Origin: Perkinsus olseni
Lineage: Eukaryota
Assembly (NCBI GenBank): GCA_013115125.1
Contig: JABANN010000069.1
Span: forward strand, 61,283 to 81,282
Direction: 5' to 3'
Length of the DNA: 20,000 nt
Positions 9,124 to 17,678 of the stretch are shown piece after piece. The first letter of the stretch is position 1, and every line of letters starts with the position of its first letter. Made by a program: the position numbers and the translations under genes. Under the pieces are notes generated by a model. The model was not told the DNA's origin, did no database searches, and saw nothing but the letters and a program-made list of their open reading frames with translations.

Positions 9124-12100
9124 ATGTCTTCGAGTATCGTGGGGGTCAAGGCAGCCAGTGAGCAGTACAATGATTCCAACGACATTATGTTGGTGTCCTC
9201 ACGAGGAGCTAACATTCTCCGAGATCCAGTAGGCGATCTTGCTCATCTCTTTATCACTTGCATTTTCCTAACAGGTCCTCAATAAAGGAACCCAGTTCAG
9301 CGAAATCGAGCGTGACGAGCTGTCTCTGCGTGGCCTGATTCCGGTACGCCAGTGTAACATTGGAATGCAGATAACGCGCAATATGGAACGACTGAGGATG
9401 AGAGACACCGACCTATCCCGTTTTATGGATCTCCAAGGTAGGCGGTACCGCCATATCGTGAGTTTGCAGGAGTCGAAACTCGCCAATACTCCGCAGTTGT
9501 CATCGGTATCTTGTTCAACACCCGACTGTCATGCAACGGCTACTACTTCGTAGCTAATTGCACCCCGTTAGACTTGGGAGATTTTCATGCTGTCGTCGTA
9601 GATGGCGTTCGGAGAATCTCGCTCGGTGATAGTAGCGTTGTGAGGACTCATACAAGTTGATTGAGCTTCCACCTAGAGAGTATATATAACGTACCTCGAG
9701 TCGATGTATAGTACTACCTAATAAGCTTGAATTAACTTGTGACTTTCGCTACCCGTTCGCTGGTCTAATGATGGGTCATATTCTGTCAGCAATATTCGAT
9801 CGTAACGAGACTCTCTACTACCGTCTGCTAGTCGAGAACCTTGAGGAGCTGCACCGGATCGTATTCATTCCTACAGTTGGTGATGTGTAAGTCACGGATG
9901 CTGAATGTAGCGCCTGTTCCAACGGTGGTGTCGTTTCCAATGTGCGTGTACGCATTCTAATCCGCACATAATGCCTCGAAATGTGTTACTACTCGACTAC
10001 TACGGTGCGGAATTTCCCATGGTATTGGCATGTGTGACCAGAAAGCAGTAAGTCCTTAATTTGATTTCAAACGAGCGTTGGTCAACGGTTGGTGGAGTGC
10101 TTCGTCCAGTGCCTAATGGCATGGGGCCAATGCCCGTGCTGCCAAAGAACCTCACTTTGCAATCTCGCAAAGTCCGGGATGACCCAGCGGCAGCAATCCA
10201 AGGGTGGATGACTTTTATCCCGGAAGCGTGCTGGAGTTCTTGACAGCGTTCATGTTGCCCGAGGTCGTGACGCTGTGGATGATGGTCGCGATGGCGATAA
10301 AATAGTGACTAATAACAGAATTCCAACGTCACTATCGCCGCGATAGTGGATCTGTGTACACCGTGAAGTGGTATCGGCAGTGGAGGAGCACTCCTCTCGG
10401 CATTGGACGGTCGCGGCCGATTCTACGTCTTCACAGGCGGGCGAAGTATCCTGTCACGGATATACACCAGTCTGGTGTGGTGCCAAGTTGGCACTGCCAA
10501 CCCGGAGGAGCCTGTTCTTACTGTGAAGAGAAAGATCTGCAAGGCCGGGCCGCTTGGCGGTGGTGGCGACAAAAAGAATGAGAGGTTACTTTTCTCCTCG
10601 TCTGGTCTTGCGGTGTCTCGAGGTTGTGCCACATACTTTTCCTCTACTGTGCCGGCGGCCACTGTAGGTAAGCTCGTCAGCTGGTGCAACCAGTACAAAG
10701 TGGCGCCGCGTACAACGTGCTGGAGTACTTGACAGCGAGGATTCCTCGCCACCATGCCGGCTGAAAGTGCTGGCTGACATAGTGCACCTTGTGCCCTCCG
10801 TGCCCGTCTACAGGGAACAATTCCTTCATTCTCTCAACGTCCGCAGCCTGTGGATGGTGATCGAGGTGGCGATATAATAGAGACTTATACCATAGCCTAG
10901 AATGATATGAGTCATATGACATACTATATGACAGAGTACAAAATTATTCTCAAACTCTCGTGACTCGAGTGACTAGATGAGTACAGCCAACTGAATCCTG
11001 TCCGGTCTATCTCAAGCACGTCATCTGCTTCCGGCAGGGGTTCCTTCTGTGGGCTCGATTGCGCGTGCCTAGCATTCCAGAGTTGAGTTCAGAACGTATC
11101 TCTGGTGAGAAGCTCCAGTGTTACACTGGCAGTGTGCTCCTGATTTCATTTTCATTGTTGAAGTAGACCTTAGTAACTCCAGTACACGCGTTTTTCCTCG
11201 AAATTTGCTGGTAGTAGAATCACGCGGTTTCTTGTATAGGTGCAAGCAATACGGTAGTGTCTGGCGCTTCCCTCGAGGACTTTACTTCACGTACAGTGAC
11301 AAGGGACATTTTCAGGAAGTCGTTTATAATTGTCCTAACGAGGAAGTCGACCTTGTGGTAAGGTACTTGCATTGTGCGCATATCTTTCGACCTCATGTTC
11401 GGCCAGGTTGTGACTGATGGTAGCCGTATCCTGAGTCTTGGTGACCTCGGCGCCAACGGTATGGGGGTGTCTGTCGGCAAAGTATCCTTGTACGTGGCCT
11501 GTGCTGGGCTCAACCCCGCCCGTGTCTTGCCGTGCATTCTTGACATCGGCACTGACAACGAGGACCTTCTCAATGACCCGCTTTACATAGGAGAACACAA
11601 CAGAAGGCTGAAGGGCAACGACTACTTCGCCATGATTGATGAGTTCGTATCTGCTGTGCTCACGAGATGGCCAAACGCTGTTATTCAGTGGGAAGATTTC
11701 AGCCATCCGAATGCCTTCATGATCCTGGATAATTATTGCAACTCAATACGTAAGGTGCCGGGATCGAACCGGGGTTGCGAGGAGAGCCTAGCGGTATGGA
11801 CTGTTCCTCAGGCACGTTCAACGATGATGTCCAAGGCACTGCTGGTGTTGTTCTAGCAGCTATTCTAGCGGGCTTGAGGGTGAGTGGTGCGCAAAAGATT
11901 TTTTGCTTGCGAATTCGACCAACCGGAGTATCAACCACCATCATCGAGCGCAACAGCTAGAGGTGTCAGAATAAGGATGTCATTTCAGACACGAGCATAT
12001 CTGCAATCCAAGAACAGCGGTACTGGCCAACCTAGTTTCATCAAGAAGCGTTATTCACTTGACGGTCAGCGCTTTGTAAGCGCGTCTTTTCCGTTTCCAT

Positions 12101-13933
12101 TCGGTTGCGATCACAAGTTCCTTTCAGGTCTTTGCCGGCGCTGGTGGTGCGGCTATTGGTATCGTGCGGCTGATTTGTGAGGCGCTGGCACAGGAGGGAG
12201 TCCCGTTGGAGGAAGCCAGTAGGTTGACTGCGGAATTTTGTGGCGCGGTGACGGTCGAATATCTCAGAGTTCCGAATCTGGCTGGTTGATTCCAAGGGTT
12301 TGGTCAGTACGGATCGTCAAAGAGAATATGAGATGGCGAAGGGCAGAGCGAAGTGAGGAAGCGAGGCGCTTCGCTCCGCTGAGAACCTGTGGATTTTTTA
12401 GGACACTTAGGTACAGAATTCACTATGTTCAGCCGCCCATGAAATGCGGCAAGAATGATTTACTTTCGGTGGTGAAAGAAGTCAAGCCTACAGTCTTGAT
12501 TGGGTGAGAATATCTTCACGTCGAGCTAGGAAGATACGAAATAGGTCGAGCTCAAGCGTTATCTCTTAGGGTCTCAGCCCAGAGCGGATTGTTTTCATCC
12601 GAGGTTCTGAAGGCCATGAACGCTAACTGCGAGTACCCCATCGTCTTCAGTCTCTCTAACCCCACCAACTGTTGTGAATGCACCGCCGAGGAGGCCTACA
12701 GAGCCACCAACGGCAAGTGCCTCTTCGCTTCGGGAAGTCCCATGCCGGCCTATCGTGAGCCCAACACGGGAAAATCAGAGCCAGTAGTTGTTGATTTCAG
12801 ACGTGGCGAGTGGAAAGTCGTACAAGTTGAGCTCTCGGGAGTATCCGGAAACTGACGAACATTACATACCGGCACAAGCAAGCAACATGTAGGTTCTTCG
12901 CGGATCAACAGTGTGGCCATCGGCACACTACCGAGGTGCTGAGCTCAGCAGTAGTTCCCCTCAGGTATGTCTATCCTGGTATCGGTTTGGCTGCTACAGC
13001 GGGCAACCTGGCGATAATACCCAACCAGCTATTCTATATTGCAGCGAGTAGGTTGGTGAACATCATCATCATCATAGAGATGGTTTGTTCATGTTTGACG
13101 GGGATTTTTCACCGTGGCCCGTCAGCGTACCGCATCTTATGCGTAACTCATCTATTTCCAATGACAATCCGGTCCTAGACGATCGCGACATTAGTGCTCT
13201 CCCGATCTTCTTCCTTCTCTTGAGTGCCCTTCTTTCTTGATAATGTATAGTCGCCCACTCACCGCGCCTCCTCGAACGTTCTGGATGCTTGGAATGTTCC
13301 AACTGACTGTGTTGTCGCCTTAGGGACAATTGCCTCGATGGTCACAGTGGAGGAGATGAAGACGAGGACGCTTCTCCCGCCGATGTCCAAGATGCGGGAG
13401 ACTGCCTGTAAAGTGGCTGCTCAGTGCATCATCTATGGCTCAAAGAAGTAAGTTCCATGTCGCGCGCGACGAAATTGCTGCTGATGATCATTCGTTATGC
13501 AGGGGATTGACCAGAATCCAAACGCCTTTGGACGCAGAAGTCTTCGTGAAGTCGAAAATGTGGTATCCCGAGTAAGCCTCGTTGCTCTCTCGAATGGTTC
13601 TAGTTCGCCTCTGGCAGATACAAGCATTACATTCCTACCGCTCCTGTACACGCTCATCCCGAGGTGGGTAATCGAAAGGCCCTGGGTTCGATCCGAGGGT
13701 TTGTATTTTTTCAGATATTGCCATCCACTGTGACTACGTTCACAGAAGCGCCGGGTCAGACTCACCGAGCATCTTCTCATCATCAGCGGATTCATCGATT
13801 CGCTCCGAAGGTGGCTGAGACCTCCGTCCCCGCGTGGGGAGGCGCCACACACGCCGCCAAGATCCCCTCGATTGAGTCCAGCCAGTCTTCTCTTGAATGT
13901 AAGGAAGAGGTATCTTTCGCCCCGGCATCTTAG
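9124..13933 (+). CDS. NAD(P)-dependent malic enzyme family protein, 690 aa, 17 exons: 9124-9228, 9275-9437, 9790-9886, 11240-11357, 11407-11749, 11812-11879, 11989-12075, 12128-12218, 12268-12352, 12402-12503, 12570-12754, 12801-12888, 12965-13047, 13324-13447, 13503-13571, 13618-13663, 13715-13933
   Basis: The exons join in frame (2073 nt). Family motifs: [147 protein letters not shown]. Confidence 0.93.
10227..10885 (-). repeat. diverged duplicated segment inside the 1353-nt intron 3 of the malic enzyme gene; probable relic of a nested coding sequence
   Basis: 10227-10248 vs 10716-10737 match at 21/22 nt, and 10273-10310 vs 10848-10885 match at 32/38 nt, in the same order. Minus-strand translations are [12 protein letters not shown] and [12 protein letters not shown]. 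Confidence 0.6.
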
Positions 13934-14280
13934 GTTGACCTTAGGTGATCGAGAATCCATCCTGTCTGATAGTGATGATGCAGCATATTGAATCGCCGTA
14001 GCTGTCGGTTTCTTAACCACGGATTTTTCCATCGCCTTCAGCTCTCCTGTTCTTATGAAAGCTGCGACCCTGCGTACGGTCTATACTGTTCTTAGTGAGT
14101 TTCTCAATCTAATATTCTGACACTATGCTACGATACTTCTCAGAATACCGGAAGATGTTGCTTGTCAATCCACGTCGAGGCAGCTCCGCCAGGCATAGTA
14201 GACTAGCCGTAATTGTGGTTGCTTCTCTATCGAATTTCGCAGGTTCTATCCCTTCGTCTGTCATTTCGTTCGGTAGTACT

Positions 14281-15498
14281 ATGAGTGGGCTCCCTTCATC
14301 ATTATCGTCGTTGTCTGTTCTAGAGCACCAGCTTGAGGAGGAGCTCAAGGGACTTACTGTATCCCTACCGAAAGAGCCGGTTCGATCTCGGATACCTGTA
14401 CCTCGTGCGAAGGTCCCGAAGTTGCGCACGCGGAAAGATACTCTCTGCTCTCCGCAACGAGCTCACGGTGATGATGAGTTCGTGGCAGCCTTGGTGCGGT
14501 ACGCTAGCGAAGAAATGCCGGACAATCTCGTCGGAGACAGTCAGTTCGAACGAGTCTACGAGGGCCTTGCGAAGCGTGTTAATTCGATTATCAACTACGA
14601 TTCTTCTCATCCTCTTCACAGCGCACTCCCCACTGCTCGTCTCGTCAAAGCCCTCAATCAATTAGATTTCTCTCACCTGAGAAGTACTGCTGCCGTTGGT
14701 ACTGACCGGCCACTGTTCTCTAGCGGGCCTCAGCGCTGGTCGGTTGAGATACCAGGCAAGCCAGTGAGGTCGGTATTAGTCGTTTTACGGGACGTTGACA
14801 TCCGCTTGAGAGGTGCTCATCTGGCGTTGGTAGCGGCTCGCGACGGCGAGGATTTCCGTGAGGCGGCACAGCTTCTCTGTAGATGGTCACAGCGAATCCT
14901 ATTGGACGACCCAACGAGAACATATCGGATGACATGCGATGAAGCCAAAGGATACCGTATTGGGATATTCGACCGCGAATCTTTGGTGGCGAGCAGTGAG
15001 CGTTTGAGTGAAAGTGGACGAATCGAGTTGATTAACGCTCGCGGAGATTCCGTTGGTACTGCAACGGTCATGATATTGGAAGAGGGAACGAACCATCGGC
15101 TCACTGTCACGGTGCTTGCGATGAGTCTGCACAGGAAGAGCTTCGCTCCGCTCGGAGATTTGCGGCCGCTTCTTTGCTTGAACGGTGAGAATCCTCTCGA
15201 TATCGTTAGAGGGAATGAGGGTCGACGGGCTTCTATGTCTCGCGTGGCGAACTCGGCTGAGCTGAGGTCCAAGGCCGTAGTGGCTGAGTCCCGAGAGCCC
15301 TTCACAAGTTTCGCAATCTTCGCGATCACGGATGAGGAACAGATCATTGGAGGGACTGAGGAGCTCTTGATCGACGACGGCGATTACGACTGTGACGAGA
15401 GGGCAGTTGAGGTTGATTTATTTGATGACGCATGCGAGAATAAAATTGGGCTGGTGTCGCTACGTGTCAGGATCGAAAGGGAATTGGATGCTCAGTGA
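14281..15498 (+). CDS. intronless hypothetical protein, ~405 aa from ATG 14281 (ORF open from 14125); C-terminal half beta-rich, possibly two C2-like domains
   Basis: This is the longest ORF in the window (457 codons) and has normal composition. Segments IELINARGDSVGTATV and VEVDLFDDACENKIGLVSLRVRIE resemble the final strands of C2 folds (weak, by eye). Confidence 0.75.
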   Translation: MSGLPSSLSSLSVLEHQLEEELKGLTVSLPKEPVRSRIPVPRAKVPKLRTRKDTLCSPQRAHGDDEFVAALVRYASEEMPDNLVGDSQFERVYEGLAKRVNSIINYDSSHPLHSALPTARLVKALNQLDFSHLRSTAAVGTDRPLFSSGPQRWSVEIPGKPVRSVLVVLRDVDIRLRGAHLALVAARDGEDFREAAQLLCRWSQRILLDDPTRTYRMTCDEAKGYRIGIFDRESLVASSERLSESGRIELINARGDSVGTATVMILEEGTNHRLTVTVLAMSLHRKSFAPLGDLRPLLCLNGENPLDIVRGNEGRRASMSRVANSAELRSKAVVAESREPFTSFAIFAITDEEQIIGGTEELLIDDGDYDCDERAVEVDLFDDACENKIGLVSLRVRIERELDAQ

Positions 15499-15561
15499 TG
15501 ACAGTCGGTGGTTTGTACTCTTGTTTTCCGACGAGTCTGTACGCTTGCTTTTCAAGTATAT

Positions 15562-15633
15562 AGGGCACGCCCGGATTTGAACCGAGGACCTGCTGATCTG
15601 CAGTCAGCCGCTCTACCACTGGGCTACACACCT
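15562..15633 (-). tRNA. tRNA-Cys(GCA) copy 1, with A1:C72 and D-stem mismatches
   Basis: AGGTGTGTAGCCCAGTGGTAGAGCGGCTGACTGCAGATCAGCAGGTCCTCGGTTCAAATCCGGGCGTGCCCT. Confidence 0.75.
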
Positions 15634-15713
15634 GAACGAGCCACAAAAAATACGTCAATTTCGTTTTTTGTAGCTGTTCTTCGCGAAAATAGCTGTTCAC
15701 ATGCCGACTACGA

Positions 15714-15785
15714 AGGGCGCGCCCGGATTTGAACCGAGGACCTGTTGATCTGCAGTCAGCCGCTCTACCACTGAGCTACACACCC
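15714..15785 (-). tRNA. tRNA-Cys(GCA) copy 2, one anticodon-stem mismatch
   Basis: Matches the consensus except that the anticodon stem is GCTGA/TCAAC (C:A mismatch). Confidence 0.8.
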
Positions 15786-15864
15786 GAACGAGCCAAAAAA
15801 ATATGTCCAACTCGTTTTCTGTAGCTGTTCTTCCCGAAAATTACTGTTCACATACCGACTACGA

Positions 15865-15936
15865 AGGGCGCGCCCGGATTTGAACCGAGGACCTGCTGAT
15901 CTGCAGTCAGCCGCTCTACCACTGAGCTACACACCC
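15865..15936 (-). tRNA. tRNA-Cys(GCA) copy 3, intact
   Basis: GGGTGTGTAGCTCAGTGGTAGAGCGGCTGACTGCAGATCAGCAGGTCCTCGGTTCAAATCCGGGCGCGCCCT. Acceptor stem GGGTGTG/CGCGCCC, anticodon loop CT-GCA-GA, T loop TTCAAAT, U73 discriminator typical of Cys, no encoded CCA. Confidence 0.95.
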
Positions 15937-16015
15937 GAACAAGCGACAAAAAATGAGATCATTTCATTTTCTGTAGCTGCTCTTCATGAAAATAGCTGCT
16001 CATATACCGACTACG

Positions 16016-16083
16016 AGGGGCCGGATTTGAACCGAGGACCTGCTGATCTGCAGTCAGCCGCTCTACCACTGAGCTACACACCC
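16016..16083 (-). pseudogene. tRNA-Cys(GCA) copy 4 with a deletion in the 3' acceptor strand
   Basis: The + strand reads gaggggccggatttgaacc instead of gaagggcgcgcccggatttgaacc. Confidence 0.8.
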
Positions 16084-16163
16084 GAACGAGCCACAAAAAA
16101 TACGTCCATTTCGTTTTTCGTAGCTGTTCTTCCCGAAAATTACTGTTCACATACCGACTGCGA

Positions 16164-16235
16164 AGAGCGGGCTCGAATTTGAATCGAGGACTTCCCGAGC
16201 TGCAGTCAGCCGCTCTACCACTGAGCTAAACACCC
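16164..16235 (-). pseudogene. divergent tRNA-Cys(GCA) copy 5
   Basis: Mismatches at acceptor pairs 6 and 7, altered B-box (GATTCAAATTC) and altered anticodon-arm 3' strand. Confidence 0.75.
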
Positions 16236-16313
16236 GAATGAACCGTGAAAAATAAGTCCAGTTCGTTTTCAGTAGCTGTTCTTCACGAAAATAGCTGTTC
16301 ACACCGACTACGA

Positions 16314-16385
16314 AGGGCACGCCCGAATTTGACCCGAGGACCCGCTGATCTGCAGTCAGCCGCTCTACCACTGAGCTACACACCC
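16314..16385 (-). pseudogene. tRNA-Cys(GCA) copy 6 with T54>G in the T loop
   Basis: The T arm reads CTCGG GTCAAAT TCGGG. Confidence 0.7.
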
Positions 16386-16465
16386 GAACAAGCGACAAAA
16401 AATGAGATCATTTCGTTTCCTGTAGCTGCTCTTCCCGAAAATTACTGTTCACATACCGACTGCGA

Positions 16466-16537
16466 AGAGCGGGCTCGAATTTGAATCGAGGACTTGCCGA
16501 GCTGCAGTCAGCCGCTCTACCACTGAGCTAAACACCC
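16466..16537 (-). pseudogene. divergent tRNA-Cys(GCA) copy 7, near-identical to copy 5
   Basis: Carries the same variant positions as 16164-16235, 302 bp away. Confidence 0.75.
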
Positions 16538-16617
16538 GAATGAACCGTGAAGAATAAGTCCAGTTCGTTTTCTGTAGCTGTTCTTCACGAAAATAGCTGT
16601 TCACATACCGGCTACGA

Positions 16618-16689
16618 AGGGCGCGCCCGGATCCGAACCGAGGAACTGCTGATCTGTAGTCAGCCGCTCTACCACTGAGCTACACACCC
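16618..16689 (-). tRNA. tRNA-Cys copy 8 with ACA anticodon and A58>G; possibly a pseudogene
   Basis: GGGTGTGTAGCTCAGTGGTAGAGCGGCTGACTACAGATCAGCAGTTCCTCGGTTCGGATCCGGGCGCGCCCT. All four stems pair. Confidence 0.7.
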
Positions 16690-17649
16690 ACGCGCGTCTT
16701 GAAAACCCCGTTTGATTCATTGTCTTGTCGTCTCCCGAGCTAGCCGTGGTCTTCCCAACAGGACCGTCTTAATGAGACATTCCAGCCGACTTGGGTGGAG
16801 AGCTTCGTGGGCCACGAATCGTGGCACCAACAGGGACGAGCTGGCGCTTTCGGCACCACAAATATCCGCCAAAGGCAACTACGGTGTTACACGATCCTTG
16901 TTTCTGCGTGCACGATCGCACGCAGACGCACTTCTCTGCCCCAGATGCAAATTGCATCATGCAATCCAAACCCAAGAGGTTGGTGGCCACAACCAAGTGC
17001 AGTGGGCAGGGTGAAGAGTGGGGTACAGATTCCTCATTTGCTGCTGATACCGGAATTGGGGGAAGAACGAGGGAGTCTCAAATATGCGTTTTTGAGGTCG
17101 CTGTAGATACCGGCTTCGTCTTGAGTAGTTGAGGAGTCGCTGCATCTCGAACGCCGAATGCGTGATGGCTATCATGCTATTGACACTGTTCCGTATACAT
17201 CGGGCTGAAACACATCACGTCACTCAAGATGATGGTTGTCACTATGCCAAGCAATTGTAGAGTATTGTCTTCACTCTCCATTAGCATAGCTAGGCTGTTG
17301 TGCTGTAGCAGATGATACGAAGAGAAGCTTATTTCACCCCCGTCAGCAGTCGTGTTGATCCTAGTGAGCCTGCACAACAAATGATGACAGCGGCAGTGGA
17401 ACTTCTATAGTTGCACACATGGTTCTTCTGTAAGTCATGGTGTCACGCGGGTTGTCTCCCGCTGTCTCCAGGTGCTCTGGGCCATGTATCCACCAGTGTC
17501 GTTGTGAGGGTGGTCTTCGCCGTGCTCTTAGCTCTGTACTACGATCATCGTCTATCGCATTCGCCCTCGATGAACCCGTGAAAGGCTCTCGATTCAATTC
17601 CGGCGCTCTCAAGCGTGTCGTTAGGCGTATGCGTATCAGTTTGCCGGAA

Positions 17650-17678
17650 GTTCCGGGCCGGAAGCTCCGGCCCGGAAC
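17650..17678. repeat. perfect 13-bp GC-rich inverted repeat (hairpin)
   Basis: gttccgggccgga-agc-tccggcccggaac. Confidence 0.85.

Larger units (their letters stand above)
15562..16689 (-). repeat. tandem array of 8 tRNA-Cys units, period ~147-152 bp (72-nt tRNA plus ~80-nt conserved spacer)
   Basis: Copies start (on +) at 15562, 15714, 15865, ~16016, 16164, 16314, 16466 and 16618. The spacers are homologous (..gttttctgtagctgttcttc.cgaaaatagctgttcacataccgactacga) and contain minus-strand T4 and T5-7 runs usable as Pol III terminators. Confidence 0.97.

Noticed and set aside
10820-10870. [11 protein letters not shown] resembles the retroviral integrase YHPQxNGxVER motif
   Set aside because: The match is too short, the NG is missing, the sister copy lacks VER, and no upstream D..D region was found; not enough to call an LTR element.
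12755-12855. Apparent frameshift or stop in the malic enzyme after [10 protein letters not shown]
   Set aside because: Resolved by a canonical 46-nt intron (12755-12800); no pseudogenisation or non-canonical splice site is needed.
13433-14032. 199-aa minus-strand ORF, and 14817-15347 (176 aa)
   Set aside because: Both are antisense to well-supported + strand coding sequence and show no recognisable motifs.
15467-16484. Repetitive ORFs (DLNRGPADLQSAALPL / VVERLTADQQVLGSNP), also 19731-19925
   Set aside because: These are translations of the tRNA repeat unit on either strand.
15562-16689. CRISPR-like repeat-spacer array
   Set aside because: The repeats fold as tRNA-Cys, the spacers are homologous to each other rather than unique, there are no cas genes, and the context is eukaryotic.
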